Positions 1 to 9,345 of a DNA stretch of 64,000 bases are shown here, in pieces; positions within the stretch are counted from its first letter, which is position 1, and every line of letters starts with the position of its first letter. The notes beneath the pieces are model-generated. The model did not search any database. It had not been told where the DNA came from and was given only the letters and a program-made list of their open reading frames with translations. The stretch covers positions 1-64,000 of the forward strand of contig CAWFAK010000005.1 in NCBI GenBank assembly GCA_963813715.1. Direction: 5' to 3'. The stretch is from an uncultured Planctomycetaceae bacterium. GTDB taxonomy: Bacteria; Planctomycetota; Planctomycetia; Planctomycetales; Planctomycetaceae. The position numbers and the translations under genes were made by a program.

Positions 1-205
1 TGCAGTTGTTCGTGAAATTGTAGGATCGTAAAGGTCACAGGACGAGCCGTCCTGTTAGGCACGCGAAGGACGGCAACCAGATTGGAACCGACGTCGATTC
101 CGTCTGTGTTCGTCGACCAGCTGCACCGTCAATCAGTTCGGTTGACTGCGTCCGTTGCAGTTCCTGTATGGACGCCGAAATCTTAAGCCTTTTCCGGCAT
201 CGCCG

Positions 206-505
206 TTAAACCACCGTGTTGCCGGAGGCGCGCATTGTCTCCGGCGCTTTTTGATTCCGCAGATATTCGAACGCAAACAGGTGGCGATCAAGGTTCAGAA
301 ACTCGTCGAATGTGGGACGTTCCATTTGAGGAACGTTTTGCGGATCGGCTGAGCGACAGCACATTGCATCGAGATTCGCCAAGAATTGGCCATTGCACGC
401 CCGGCGGCCGGACTGCCTCGCACTGGTCGTGGAGGCTGAGCGTTTTTCTTCGGCAGATCGGTCCACCTGGGTGGCAGAGAGGTAGGGTCGATTCACCGTG
501 AGCAA
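206..505 (-). CDS. hypothetical protein (possibly a frameshifted fragment)
   Basis: 99-aa ORF with a protein-like C-terminus (ERPTFDEFLNLDRHLFAFEYLRNQK); no family recognised. Confidence 0.2.
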   Translation of the reverse strand: MLTVNRPYLSATQVDRSAEEKRSASTTSARQSGRRACNGQFLANLDAMCCRSADPQNVPQMERPTFDEFLNLDRHLFAFEYLRNQKAPETMRASGNTVV

Positions 506-615
506 AGCCCACCCGTCGCCGGCGCACGCAATCCCGTAAATCGAGTGAAGTTTGGCCTATTGCGTAGCCGACGTGACTGCGCCGTAATCTGGAAAGCGCG
601 ACCCGAGGTCAGCCC

Positions 616-3600
616 ATGGGTGATTCGCAAAATCCCGACGACGACCAGCCTCGTTCGCCCACCGCAACGGTGATCGGCAACGGTGCCGACCACGTCGGCG
701 CCGTCATCGGTCCTTACAAGCTGATGGAGCAGATCGGCGAAGGCGGCTTCGGGCTGGTCTTCGTCGCCGAGCAGCAGAAACCCGTCCGCCGCAAGGTCGC
801 GATCAAGGTCATCAAGCCGGGCATGGACACCCGCGAAGTGATCGCCCGGTTCGAGGCCGAGCGGCAGGCGCTGGCCTTGATGGACCATCCCAACATCGCG
901 AGGGTGCTCGACGCCGGCGACCACCGAATCGGGCCGGCCGTACTTCGTGATGGAGCTGGTGCGACGGCGTCCCGATCACCGATTACTGCGACCAGAATCG
1001 GCTCACTCCGCGCGAGCGGCTCGAGCTTGTTCATCTCGGTCTGCCAGGCCGTGCAGCACGCCCACCAGAAAGGGATCATTCACCGCGACATCAAGCCGTC
1101 GAACGTGCTGGTCACGCTGCACGACGGCAAGCCCGTCGTCAAAGTGATCGACTTCGGCGTCGCCAAGGCTCTGTATCAACCGCTGACCGACAAGACGATT
1201 TACACGCGCTTTGCGCAGATCATCGGCACGCCGCTTTACATGAGCCCCGAACAGGCGGAGATGAGCGGCCTCGATATCGACACGCGGAGCGACATCTATT
1301 CGCTGGGCGTGCTCTTGTACGAGCTTTTGACGGGGACCACGCCGTTCGATAGGAAGCGGCTGTCGCAGGCGGCCTACGACGAATTCGTCCGCATCATTCG
1401 CGAGGAAGAACCACCCAGGCCGAGCATGCGGCTGTCTCGCTCGACAGCAACGCTCTCAGCGATTGCCGCCCAACGGAGGATCGAACCAGCGCGGCTCTCG
1501 CGGATGTTCCGCGGGGACCTGGACTGGATTACGATGAAGGCTCTCGAGAAGGATCGCACGCGACGCTACGAGACGGCCAACGGCCTGGCCCGCGACATTG
1601 AACGGTACTTGAACGATGAACCTGTCGAAGCAGGGCCGCCCTGTGAAAGCTATCGGCTCCGGAAATTTGCCCGTAAAAATAGGACGGCGCTGCGAATTGC
1701 CGGCGCCTTTCTGTTGTTGTTGGTAATCGGAGCCGTCGCTAGCACGTGGCAGGCGATCCGTGCGACCGTTGCCGAGCACAACGCCAACACACAACGCGAC
1801 CTCGCTCAGAAAAACGAGCTGGAGGCCCGGAAAAACGAGCTGGAAACTTCGCTCGCCCGCGCGGAGACGCAGAAGGAGCGCGACAAGGTCGCCGGCCGCC
1901 AATCAAAAGCTCGAGCACACCCTCGGCGACTTGCGGCACACGCTCTACGTCTCGGACTTGAATCTGCATTTACGTACTTTCGCGATGGCAATGTCGAGCG
2001 TGTTGAAGAGATGCTCAACCGCCATCGCCCGCTCGCCGGCGAGGAAGACATCCGCGGCGTTGAGTGGCATTATCTGCAGCGGCAGTGCGAGCAGTTTCAA
2101 AAGACACTGCTGCTCGACGCCAAGTCAGAGATTACGTCCCTCGCGATCTCACCGGACGGACGGTGCCTGGCGACTGGGAGCCGCCTCGGCGATCTGAGCC
2201 TGTGGGACGCGTCAACGGGCACGCTTCGACTCAAAGTTCCCAACGCAAAGCCTGCTTCGCTGGCATTTACCGCGGATGGAGCGACTGTTGTCACCAACAC
2301 GGTTTTGACGACACCACAACCGAGTCGCACCGCGACCGCCGTGGTTCGGTTCTGGGATGTCGCCACGGGAAAAGAAAGGCCAGCCGCAAAATTGAACCCG
2401 ACGGTCGATCAATATGCCCCAAGTGAGTTCTCCTCCGACAGTTCGACGCTTGTCGGTATCACGCCCGACAGCAAATTGCGAATCTGGAACACGACCAACG
2501 GCCGCGAGGAGACCACCCTCGACCCGTTCGCCAAAGGTCCCAGCGTTCCTCATGTCGAAATTTCTCACGCGTTGATGAACTGCGTGACCCTCGGGCAGGA
2601 CGGCAAGACCGTGGCCTGGCAAATCGGGCCGACAACCATGGTCTGGGATGTCCCCACGAAGACCCTCAAGTTCACGCACATCGACGCACGGCGTTGGAGC
2701 ATGGCCCTGGCCCTGTCGCCGGACTGCAAGCTGCTGGCCTGCCATCGTGGGTCCGAGCCGCAGCTGGTGGAAATATGGGACTGGAAAACAGACAAGAAGC
2801 TGGCCGAACTGGAAGGTTACCAAAGTATTGTTGGGGTATTGCGTTTTTCTCAGGACGGGAAGTTGCTGGCAACGGGGGACGAGTTCGGAATCGTGCGCGT
2901 GTGGGATACGGCCACGTACAAGGAGGTCACCACCTTCAAGGGGCACGCGGTCGGGATCGTGGGATTGGTCTTTGCTTCCGACGGCCAATGGCTCTACTCG
3001 GCAAGTTACGACGGGCTGGTAAGGCGGTGGAGGATTGTGCCCGAACCGGATTCCGATACGATCGGCGACGATAGCACGAATTACCCCTGGCAGGTTGCCC
3101 TTTCCCGTGATGGAAAGAGTCTATTCCTGAGTTCAAGGTTGAAAACCGGATTTCCACTGCGGATCACGGTGAGGCATTGGGATTTGGCGAGCCGGCGGGA
3201 GTTGGCTCGGTTCGAGCTGACGCGTCCGGCCGGCGACGCGATAGTCGTCAGTCCAGTCGTCTCTCCCGATGGGAAATTTGTCGCCTTCGGAAAAGAGGGC
3301 GATCATGCCGTCACCCTGTGGGATGTCATGAAGAATCGGGAAGTCGGCAAGCTCGAGATCGAAACCTGGTCGTATTGGAAAGTGCGTTTCTCCTCCGATA
3401 GCCGCATGGTCGCGCTGACCGATTCCCGTGGGTTCACGCTTTGGGAGACCCAGACCGCAAAGTGCCGATCACGGATCGAGCAGCCCGGCATTAGAACGAT
3501 GAACTTCTCGCCGGACGACGGCATCCTTGCCGCCGTGACGTCGTCCAAAGACGGAGAGGCGATCCTGCTCTGGAACGCATCCACCCTCGCGGAACCGGCC

Positions 3601-4112
3601 CGGCTTTCCGGCGGTGCGGCCCAACTGGCTTTTTCGCCGGACGGCCGAAGTCTCGCGGCTGTCGGAGTTGACCAGATCACGCTGTGGAACGTCGCGACTC
3701 GGCGGATTCAAGCGACAGTGAAACTGGGTCATCCGCTGACAGACCGTCAATCGAGGCTCTGGGACGGCGGGTTTTCCCGGACGGCAAATTCTACGCGGGT
3801 ATCGACCGGAACCTGGCCCATTTCCGGCTCTGCGTGTGGGATGCCGCGACGGGCGAACTGGTCTGGAAGCCCAAAGGTCCGGGGGCGGAAGTCGGTAAAT
3901 TTACCTGGTCGCCGGACAGCCGAACCCTGATTACTGCAAACGGTCCGACAGTCACGTTCTGGAATGTGGCCACGCACGAAGAGTTGACCACGTTTATCCT
4001 TCCAGAAATCATTTGGGAATTTGCCTTTAGTCCCGACGGCCTGATGGCAACGCCCGACGGGATGAATCATGTTCGCTTGTGGCACATGGAGGCAGAGCCC
4101 GGTGGTCGTTGA
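616..4112 (+). CDS. Ser/Thr protein kinase with C-terminal WD40 repeats (frameshifted)
   Basis: [33 protein letters not shown] motifs; coiled-coil linker; many WD repeats (SPDG...LWD). ORF 616..3930 continues in ORF 3684..4112. Confidence 0.9.
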
Positions 4113-4230
4113 GATCCTGATCTAGCCGCCTAACTCGCTGGCGTTTGCGGCACGGGTGATCACCGTTCTGGATAACGGCTTCTGTGACGCTGACGCTGCC
4201 GCAAGACATGGACACCGCTTCGGAGTTCCC

Positions 4231-4418
4231 GAAAACTAAACCTATTTCCGAGAACTCCGTCAAACCACCGATAAGTGCCGCCGCGACGGGCCCGGAAACT
4301 CATCCGTATTGCGGCACGCTGTTCCGCGTTGCCGGATTCTCATACGTTTTGGCGGAATCCGTCCTCAGGCTGTGAGAGCGATCAAAACGCCCTGAAATCG
4401 GCGGGCAGAATTTGAACG
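4231..4418 (+). repeat. dispersed non-coding repeat element, copy 1 (truncated in its fourth motif)
   Basis: Motifs gaaaactaaacctatttccgaga 4231, gataagtgcc 4270, ggaaactcatccgtattgcggca 4294, ggattctcatacgttttggcgga 4334, cagaatttgaacg 4406; colinear with the copies at 6276 and 9167. Confidence 0.85.
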
Positions 4419-4560
4419 GGCCTGTTGAAAAAGGGCAAATAATTGTCGTTGTTCAGCCTCACCGACTTGATCGGCCACACCCCAAGCCCCTCCTGGCGTA
4501 GAACTTCGGCCTCCCCGAATCGGCCTTCGACGGGTTCGCTCCTGATCGATTGGCCTGGAA
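4418..4560 (-). mobile_element. putative IS5-family remnant (right end plus transposase C-terminal fragment)
   Basis: gggcctgttgaaaaa at 4418-4432 resembles IS5-type termini; the minus strand reads RSEPVEGRFGEA...GLG...FFNRP, similar to the EGxFGxxK...FFxxP end of IS5 transposases. No matching left end found. Confidence 0.35.
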
Positions 4561-4840
4561 GCGATCGCGTCTCCTGATTGTCGTCGGGTGGCCCACTATC
4601 AGATCGCACGTCACAAAGTCGTCGGCCCCCGGAAGAGTGGGGATTCCGATTCAGCCTGAGGGGCCATTCAATCGTCGAGCCGCAGGCAAATCGATCCAGT
4701 TTGTTTTGCTTTTTCGTATCCATGTTGTGACGAGGTTGCCCTGCTGAGCGAATCACAGAGTGTAGTGAACTCAGCGATGGAATGAGGCGATCGCGATGCA
4801 GGCTCGACTCGCACCATGTAAGCCCGATGAACTGGCGACT

Positions 4841-5369
4841 ATGGACCGCCGGCCTCAGACCACGAACACTTTCTTTCGCTTTTGGAATCCTACCAGCGGC
4901 CATTATTCAAGGTCTGTTGGACGTACGGCAGGACGTCGCACGATCGAGATAACATGTTTCAGGAAATCGTCGGGCGGCTGTGGACATCGTTTGCGAAGTA
5001 CGACCGCAGTCGCAAGTTTTCGACATGGATGTATCGCGCGGCGCTGAACGTCGCAATCGACTTTCGAAGAAGGCAGCAGCGATGGGGGAAGGGAGACGAA
5101 GCCTCGACGAAGGCGGGGCGGCAGTTCCAGCCGAGGCACCTGACGACGCGACGAAGCGACAACAATTGCGTGAGCTGCGAGAGCTGTTGGAGCGACAACG
5201 CGATGCGGACCTCGCCATTCTGCTCTTGTACCTGGAAGGACACTCGTACCGCGAAATCGGCGAGGTCCTCGGCACGAGTGAATCGACGTCGGCACGCGTC
5301 TGAACCGCCTGAAGACTTCGCTTCCGGCAATCCGTTCAAGGGCCGTCAGACGAAAAGGGAGACGTGTAG
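4841..5369 (+). CDS. ECF-family RNA polymerase sigma factor (frameshifted)
   Basis: Region 2-like DRDNMFQEIVGRLW...FSTWMYRAALNVAIDF and region 4-like LLLYLEGHSYREIGEVLGTS, in different frames. Confidence 0.85.
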
Positions 5370-5371
5370 CG

Positions 5372-6069
5372 ATGCAGTTCGAAGAATTGCAGCAAGAATG
5401 GCAAAGGTTCGATCAGAAGCTCGATCGTTCGCTGGCCCTGCAGGCCGAAGTTGTGCGCCGAGTCGTGATGCAGCCAGCCCGCCGTCGCGTCAATCGCTTC
5501 GCGATTTGGCCCGTGATTTACCTCGTGTTCTGTGCAGTTGGGCTCCTGCTCGCAGGGTCCTCTCTTGGCAAGCATCGGCCCGACTGGCAGGTTGCGTGCC
5601 TGCAATCGTAGTCATGATCATAGCCATCGCACTGGCGGCCAGCAGCATACTTCAGCTCCAGCGTGTGGCTGAGTTGGATTGTGTGGACCGGTCGCCGAAC
5701 TCCAGACTGCTCTGGAACGACTTCGGACCACGAAGATTTGGCAGTTCAAATGGATCATCCTGTTTTCGCCGTTCGTCGGCTTCTTCGCATTAATGGTGGG
5801 ACTGCACTGGCTCTTCGAGTGGTTGTCGGATGACCGCGTCCACATCCTCGACAAGCTCGATCCGCGGTGGATCGTCGCCAACTATGTCTTTGGTCTGCTG
5901 TTCGTGCCGCTGGGCTACTTTTTCGCCGTCGTCTCGCAGAGCGGTGTCGTCGTCAGCGATGCGGCAAATGCACTCGATGATATCCTCCGGAAAGAGCCTC
6001 AAGTCGGCGGCTCGCGATGTGGATCGTTGGGCGAGCTTGCAGGACGAGGCATCTAATCACAGCGTCTGA
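5372..6069 (+). CDS. membrane protein, putative anti-sigma factor (frameshifted)
   Basis: Starts MQFEELQQEWQ directly after the ECF gene; several hydrophobic segments across ORFs 5372, 4882-tail, 5679 and 5830. Confidence 0.7.
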
Positions 6070-6275
6070 GACATGACGGCATCCGGCTTGATCGCCGACG
6101 CTCGCCGGTGAAGTAGAGCCGGAGGGCCTGCCCCGCGATTTTGCGATTACGGGACCGGTCTAGCATTTTCTGCGTCAGTTTCAGAGATCTGCCAACGCTC
6201 TCGAAGTGATCCGCCCGCGGCGTCAACAGTGGGTCGATCGAGACATCGATGTGCCCGTAGCGCGTTTAACGTCAC

Positions 6276-6472
6276 AGAATCTCATACCTTTTCGCGGACA
6301 CGCCAAAAAAGGACTGATAAGTGCCAGCTGTGACCACCGGAAACTCATCCGTTTTTCGACATGCGGCTCCGAGCTACCGGATTCTTATACGTTTTGGCGG
6401 ATTCCGTCCTCGAGCTGCCGGAGCGGACAAACGCCCGGAAATCCGCGGCAGAATTCTGAACGTTTTTCGGCA
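6276..6472 (+). repeat. dispersed non-coding repeat element, copy 2 (most complete)
   Basis: agaatctcataccttttcgcgga 6276, gataagtgcc 6316, ggaaactcatccgtttttcgaca 6339, ggattcttatacgttttggcgga 6379, agaattctgaacgtttttcggca 6450. Confidence 0.85.
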
Positions 6473-6600
6473 TCCCTACCCGACGCGTCTAAAGAGGCTG
6501 ATTGAACTCGACGAATTCATATTCGTAGAGTTGGTTTTGTCCGCTTCGTGCGAGACCGACGTCCCAGTCGAGCCGACGACATGGCCTCTACGCTGCGAGT

Positions 6601-8699
6601 GTGCTAAAGGCGACCGTAATCTGCTCTACGGCATCCTCGCCTGCAGATGGACTTGATCAGCCGCGACCTGCTGATCGGGGCCATGCATGCCTGGGTGCTG
6701 GACAAAGTCAAAGCCCCTGGGCCGGTCCTCGTCGAGCAGGGTCAACTTGCCCTGCGGTGCATTCGGTGCTGGACCCGCTGGTCGAGAAGCACCTTGAGCT
6801 ACACCAGGGCGACCCGCAGCAGAGCCTGGCGGCCGTCGGATGCCGCCGGCCGTGCAACAAGACCTCGAAAAATTTGCCGATCCCGATGTGAGCGCCAGCC
6901 TGCGCAGGTGCCGCGACATTCCACCCTCGCCCGCTGAAGCGACGACACTGCCGTATTCACACGAAGAGAAAAGCTCTAACGGACGGTTCCATATTCTGCG
7001 TCGCCATGCCTGGGGCGGGCTTGGCGAGGTCTTTGTGGCCCAGGACCGCGAAGTGAACCGGGAAGTCGCCTTAAGCGATTGCATGAGCGACACACCGACA
7101 ACATCGACAGCCGCGCGCGGTTCCTGCATGAGGCCGAGATCACCGGCCGCTTGGAGCATCCGGGGATCGTACCCGTCTACGGGCTCGGAACGATGACGCA
7201 GGGCGGCCGTATTACGCGATGCGGTTCGTCCGAGGGCAGACGCTTAAAGAGGCCATCGAGCGGTTTCATTCCGACGACGGCGCACGGAGAGCGAACGTCG
7301 GCTCGAGCTGCGGCAGTTGTTGACGCGTTTCATCGCCGTTTGCAACGCGATCGGATATGCGCACAGCCGCGGCGTCATCCACCGCGACCTCAAGCCGAGC
7401 AACATCATGCTCGGCAAATACGGCGAGACACTCGTCGTGGACTGGGGGCTCTGCAAGGCCTTGGGGCACCGCGAGCCGCCAGAAACACCGGGACGAGCAG
7501 ACGCTCAGTCCGCAATCTGGCTCGGGGTCCTCCGAGACTTTGCCGGGTTCGGCAATCGGCACGCCTGCCTACATGAGTCCGGAACAGGCCGAAGGGCGCG
7601 TCGAAGACATCGGTCCGGCCAGCGACGTTTATAGTCTCGGGGCAACGTTATACACGATCTTGACCGGCAAGGAGCCGTTCGACTCGAAGGAGATCGGCGC
7701 CCTCCTGTCCAAAGTCCAGGCGGGCGACTTCGTGTCTCCGCGCCGGCGCAACGCCACAGTGGCACCTGCATTCAACGCGATTTGTCTCAAGGCGATGAGC
7801 CTGTTGCCGAAGGACCGCTACGCCTCATGCGCGGCATTGGCCAGCGACATCGAGCATTGGTTGGCCGACGAGCCAGTGACGGCCCTTAGGGATCCTCTGT
7901 CTGACCGGTTGATTCGGTGGATCAGTGCGATTGAGTCCCGCGACTGCCGGGGCGGCGCCGTGATCGCCACACTTGTTGGCCTATTGATCGGGACGACGCT
8001 TTTAGGCCGTGCAAATTCACAAATAAAGGCAGCAATCACCGAAGCTCAAAAATATATGCCACGACGCAACAGCACAACGTACGACCGCGGAGCATCAGCG
8101 GAACCTCGCGGAAGTTGGACTCAGGAGGCCCTCCGAGCGGCAAATCCGGCGCCCAGGAGCACCAATAATCGAAAGAGTCCTGCCGCGGATTTTTCGAGCG
8201 GACAACAACAACTCCGGAACGAAATCTCCGAGACACAGAAGCCGATTGCGGAAGCAGACTACCAACTCAACCAATTGCAGGTAATTCTGACGGGTGGCGA
8301 TAAGAGCCGCACCCAATTGGCGCCACAGTGGCGGGGTATGATGGATCTGGCCCTTGGCCGCGTCCTCGCGGTGCGAACGCGACTCATGAGCTACAACCTC
8401 CGACTTGCGGAAATGAAGGTGTTACCGCGACGATTCAGTACTTCAGGCAATAATACGTGGCGACTTGTTCGTGCGTCGGTAGAGACGCGGTCAGGACGGC
8501 TTCAGAGATCGGCAAACAAGCCCGAGACTTGCTTGAACGAGTGATTCAGGAGCAGCCGGGCACGGATTTTGAGCGATCGGCGCGGGAGGAACTCAAATTA
8601 CCCATGGGTTGGGATTGGGAGGAACTGCACATTAATTACCCTTCTTCCACGGCCGTACCATCCCGCCCTGGAAACTCACCCAATAAGAAGGTAAGTGCG
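6601..8699 (+). CDS. Ser/Thr protein kinase with an uncharacterised helical C-terminal domain (frameshifted)
   Basis: Planctomycete-type N-terminus [45 protein letters not shown] motifs; C-terminus [14 protein letters not shown]...[21 protein letters not shown]. The 3' end is uncertain. Confidence 0.8.
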
Positions 8700-8984
8700 A
8701 TGCCACAGATCACTCTGGAAGGAAAGTTCTGGCATAAGGGGATTGCGGGCGATCCCATTGTCATTCTGAGTGTTTTCGATGAGGGTCCCTTCCGCGAATG
8801 GCACAAAGCGAACGACGTCTTTACTCAAGTCTTTGAGCACCGTGACCCCACGAGCGGAGTCGATCGCGCCTTGATCTACACCGCAGAGAGCGTCGTTGCC
8901 GGAATCAAAGAGGGGACCCGCCTCGCATTACAATCGACGTTCGGCCTGAAACTCGCGGGGCGGGGATCACGGTTCTTGCCGTAA
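8700..8984 (+). CDS. hypothetical protein (separate gene or last domain of the kinase)
   Basis: MPQITLEGKFWHKG..., 94 aa, preceded by aagaagg, but in frame with the kinase tail in ORF 8457..8984. Confidence 0.5.
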   Translation: MPQITLEGKFWHKGIAGDPIVILSVFDEGPFREWHKANDVFTQVFEHRDPTSGVDRALIYTAESVVAGIKEGTRLALQSTFGLKLAGRGSRFLP

Positions 8985-9159
8985 ACGTGATTGGATGAAT
9001 CACTGTCCATGCCGCTGCTCCGGACGGAGAGTTGAGATCGCAGAAACAACGGACCTCGGGATGCAACCTGAGTCGCACCGACGCAGGCTGAGCGGCGTGC
9101 CACGGCCAAATTGCGGCTGACGGTCCCAGTTACGCGTAGCGCCCGGCATGCGCCCGAAT

Positions 9160-9319
9160 AAGGACCGATAAGTGCCGCGGTGACACGCGGAAACTCATCC
9201 GTTTTTCGGCACACGCCCCGAGTGCCGCAAACTCATACGTTATTGCGGACTGTGCCCCGTTCGACAACCTCGGCAAAAACGCTCTTCGGGCGGCGACGTA
9301 AATCAAACGTTTTTCGGCA
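9160..9319 (+). repeat. dispersed non-coding repeat element, copy 3 (between convergent genes)
   Basis: gataagtgcc 9167, ggaaactcatccgtttttcggca 9189, gcaaactcatacgttattgcgga 9227, cgtaaatcaaacgtttttcggca 9297. Confidence 0.85.
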
Positions 9320-9345
9320 CTGCCTCCGATGCCGAATTGCCATCA

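Noticed and set aside
1807..1847. 21-bp tandem duplication
   Set aside because: An in-frame heptad repeat ([14 protein letters not shown]) of the kinase coiled coil; ordinary.
4184..4375. ORFs overlapping the repeat copies (4184..4375, 6206..6505, 6321..6656, 8876..9214)
   Set aside because: Reading frame is not conserved between copies (spacings of 40 and 38 are not multiples of 3); conservation is at the nucleotide level.
4294..9211. CsrA-sponge RNA (minus strand ACGGAUG in the motif B loop)
   Set aside because: Only one of the four motifs per copy carries GGA in the loop; CsrB/RsmZ-type RNAs have many.
4231..9319. Repeat element as a CRISPR array or integron attC sites
   Set aside because: Repeats are degenerate, spacers are unequal and homologous between copies, no cas genes are present, and I saw no RYYYAAC...GTTRRRY-bounded single palindrome or intI gene.
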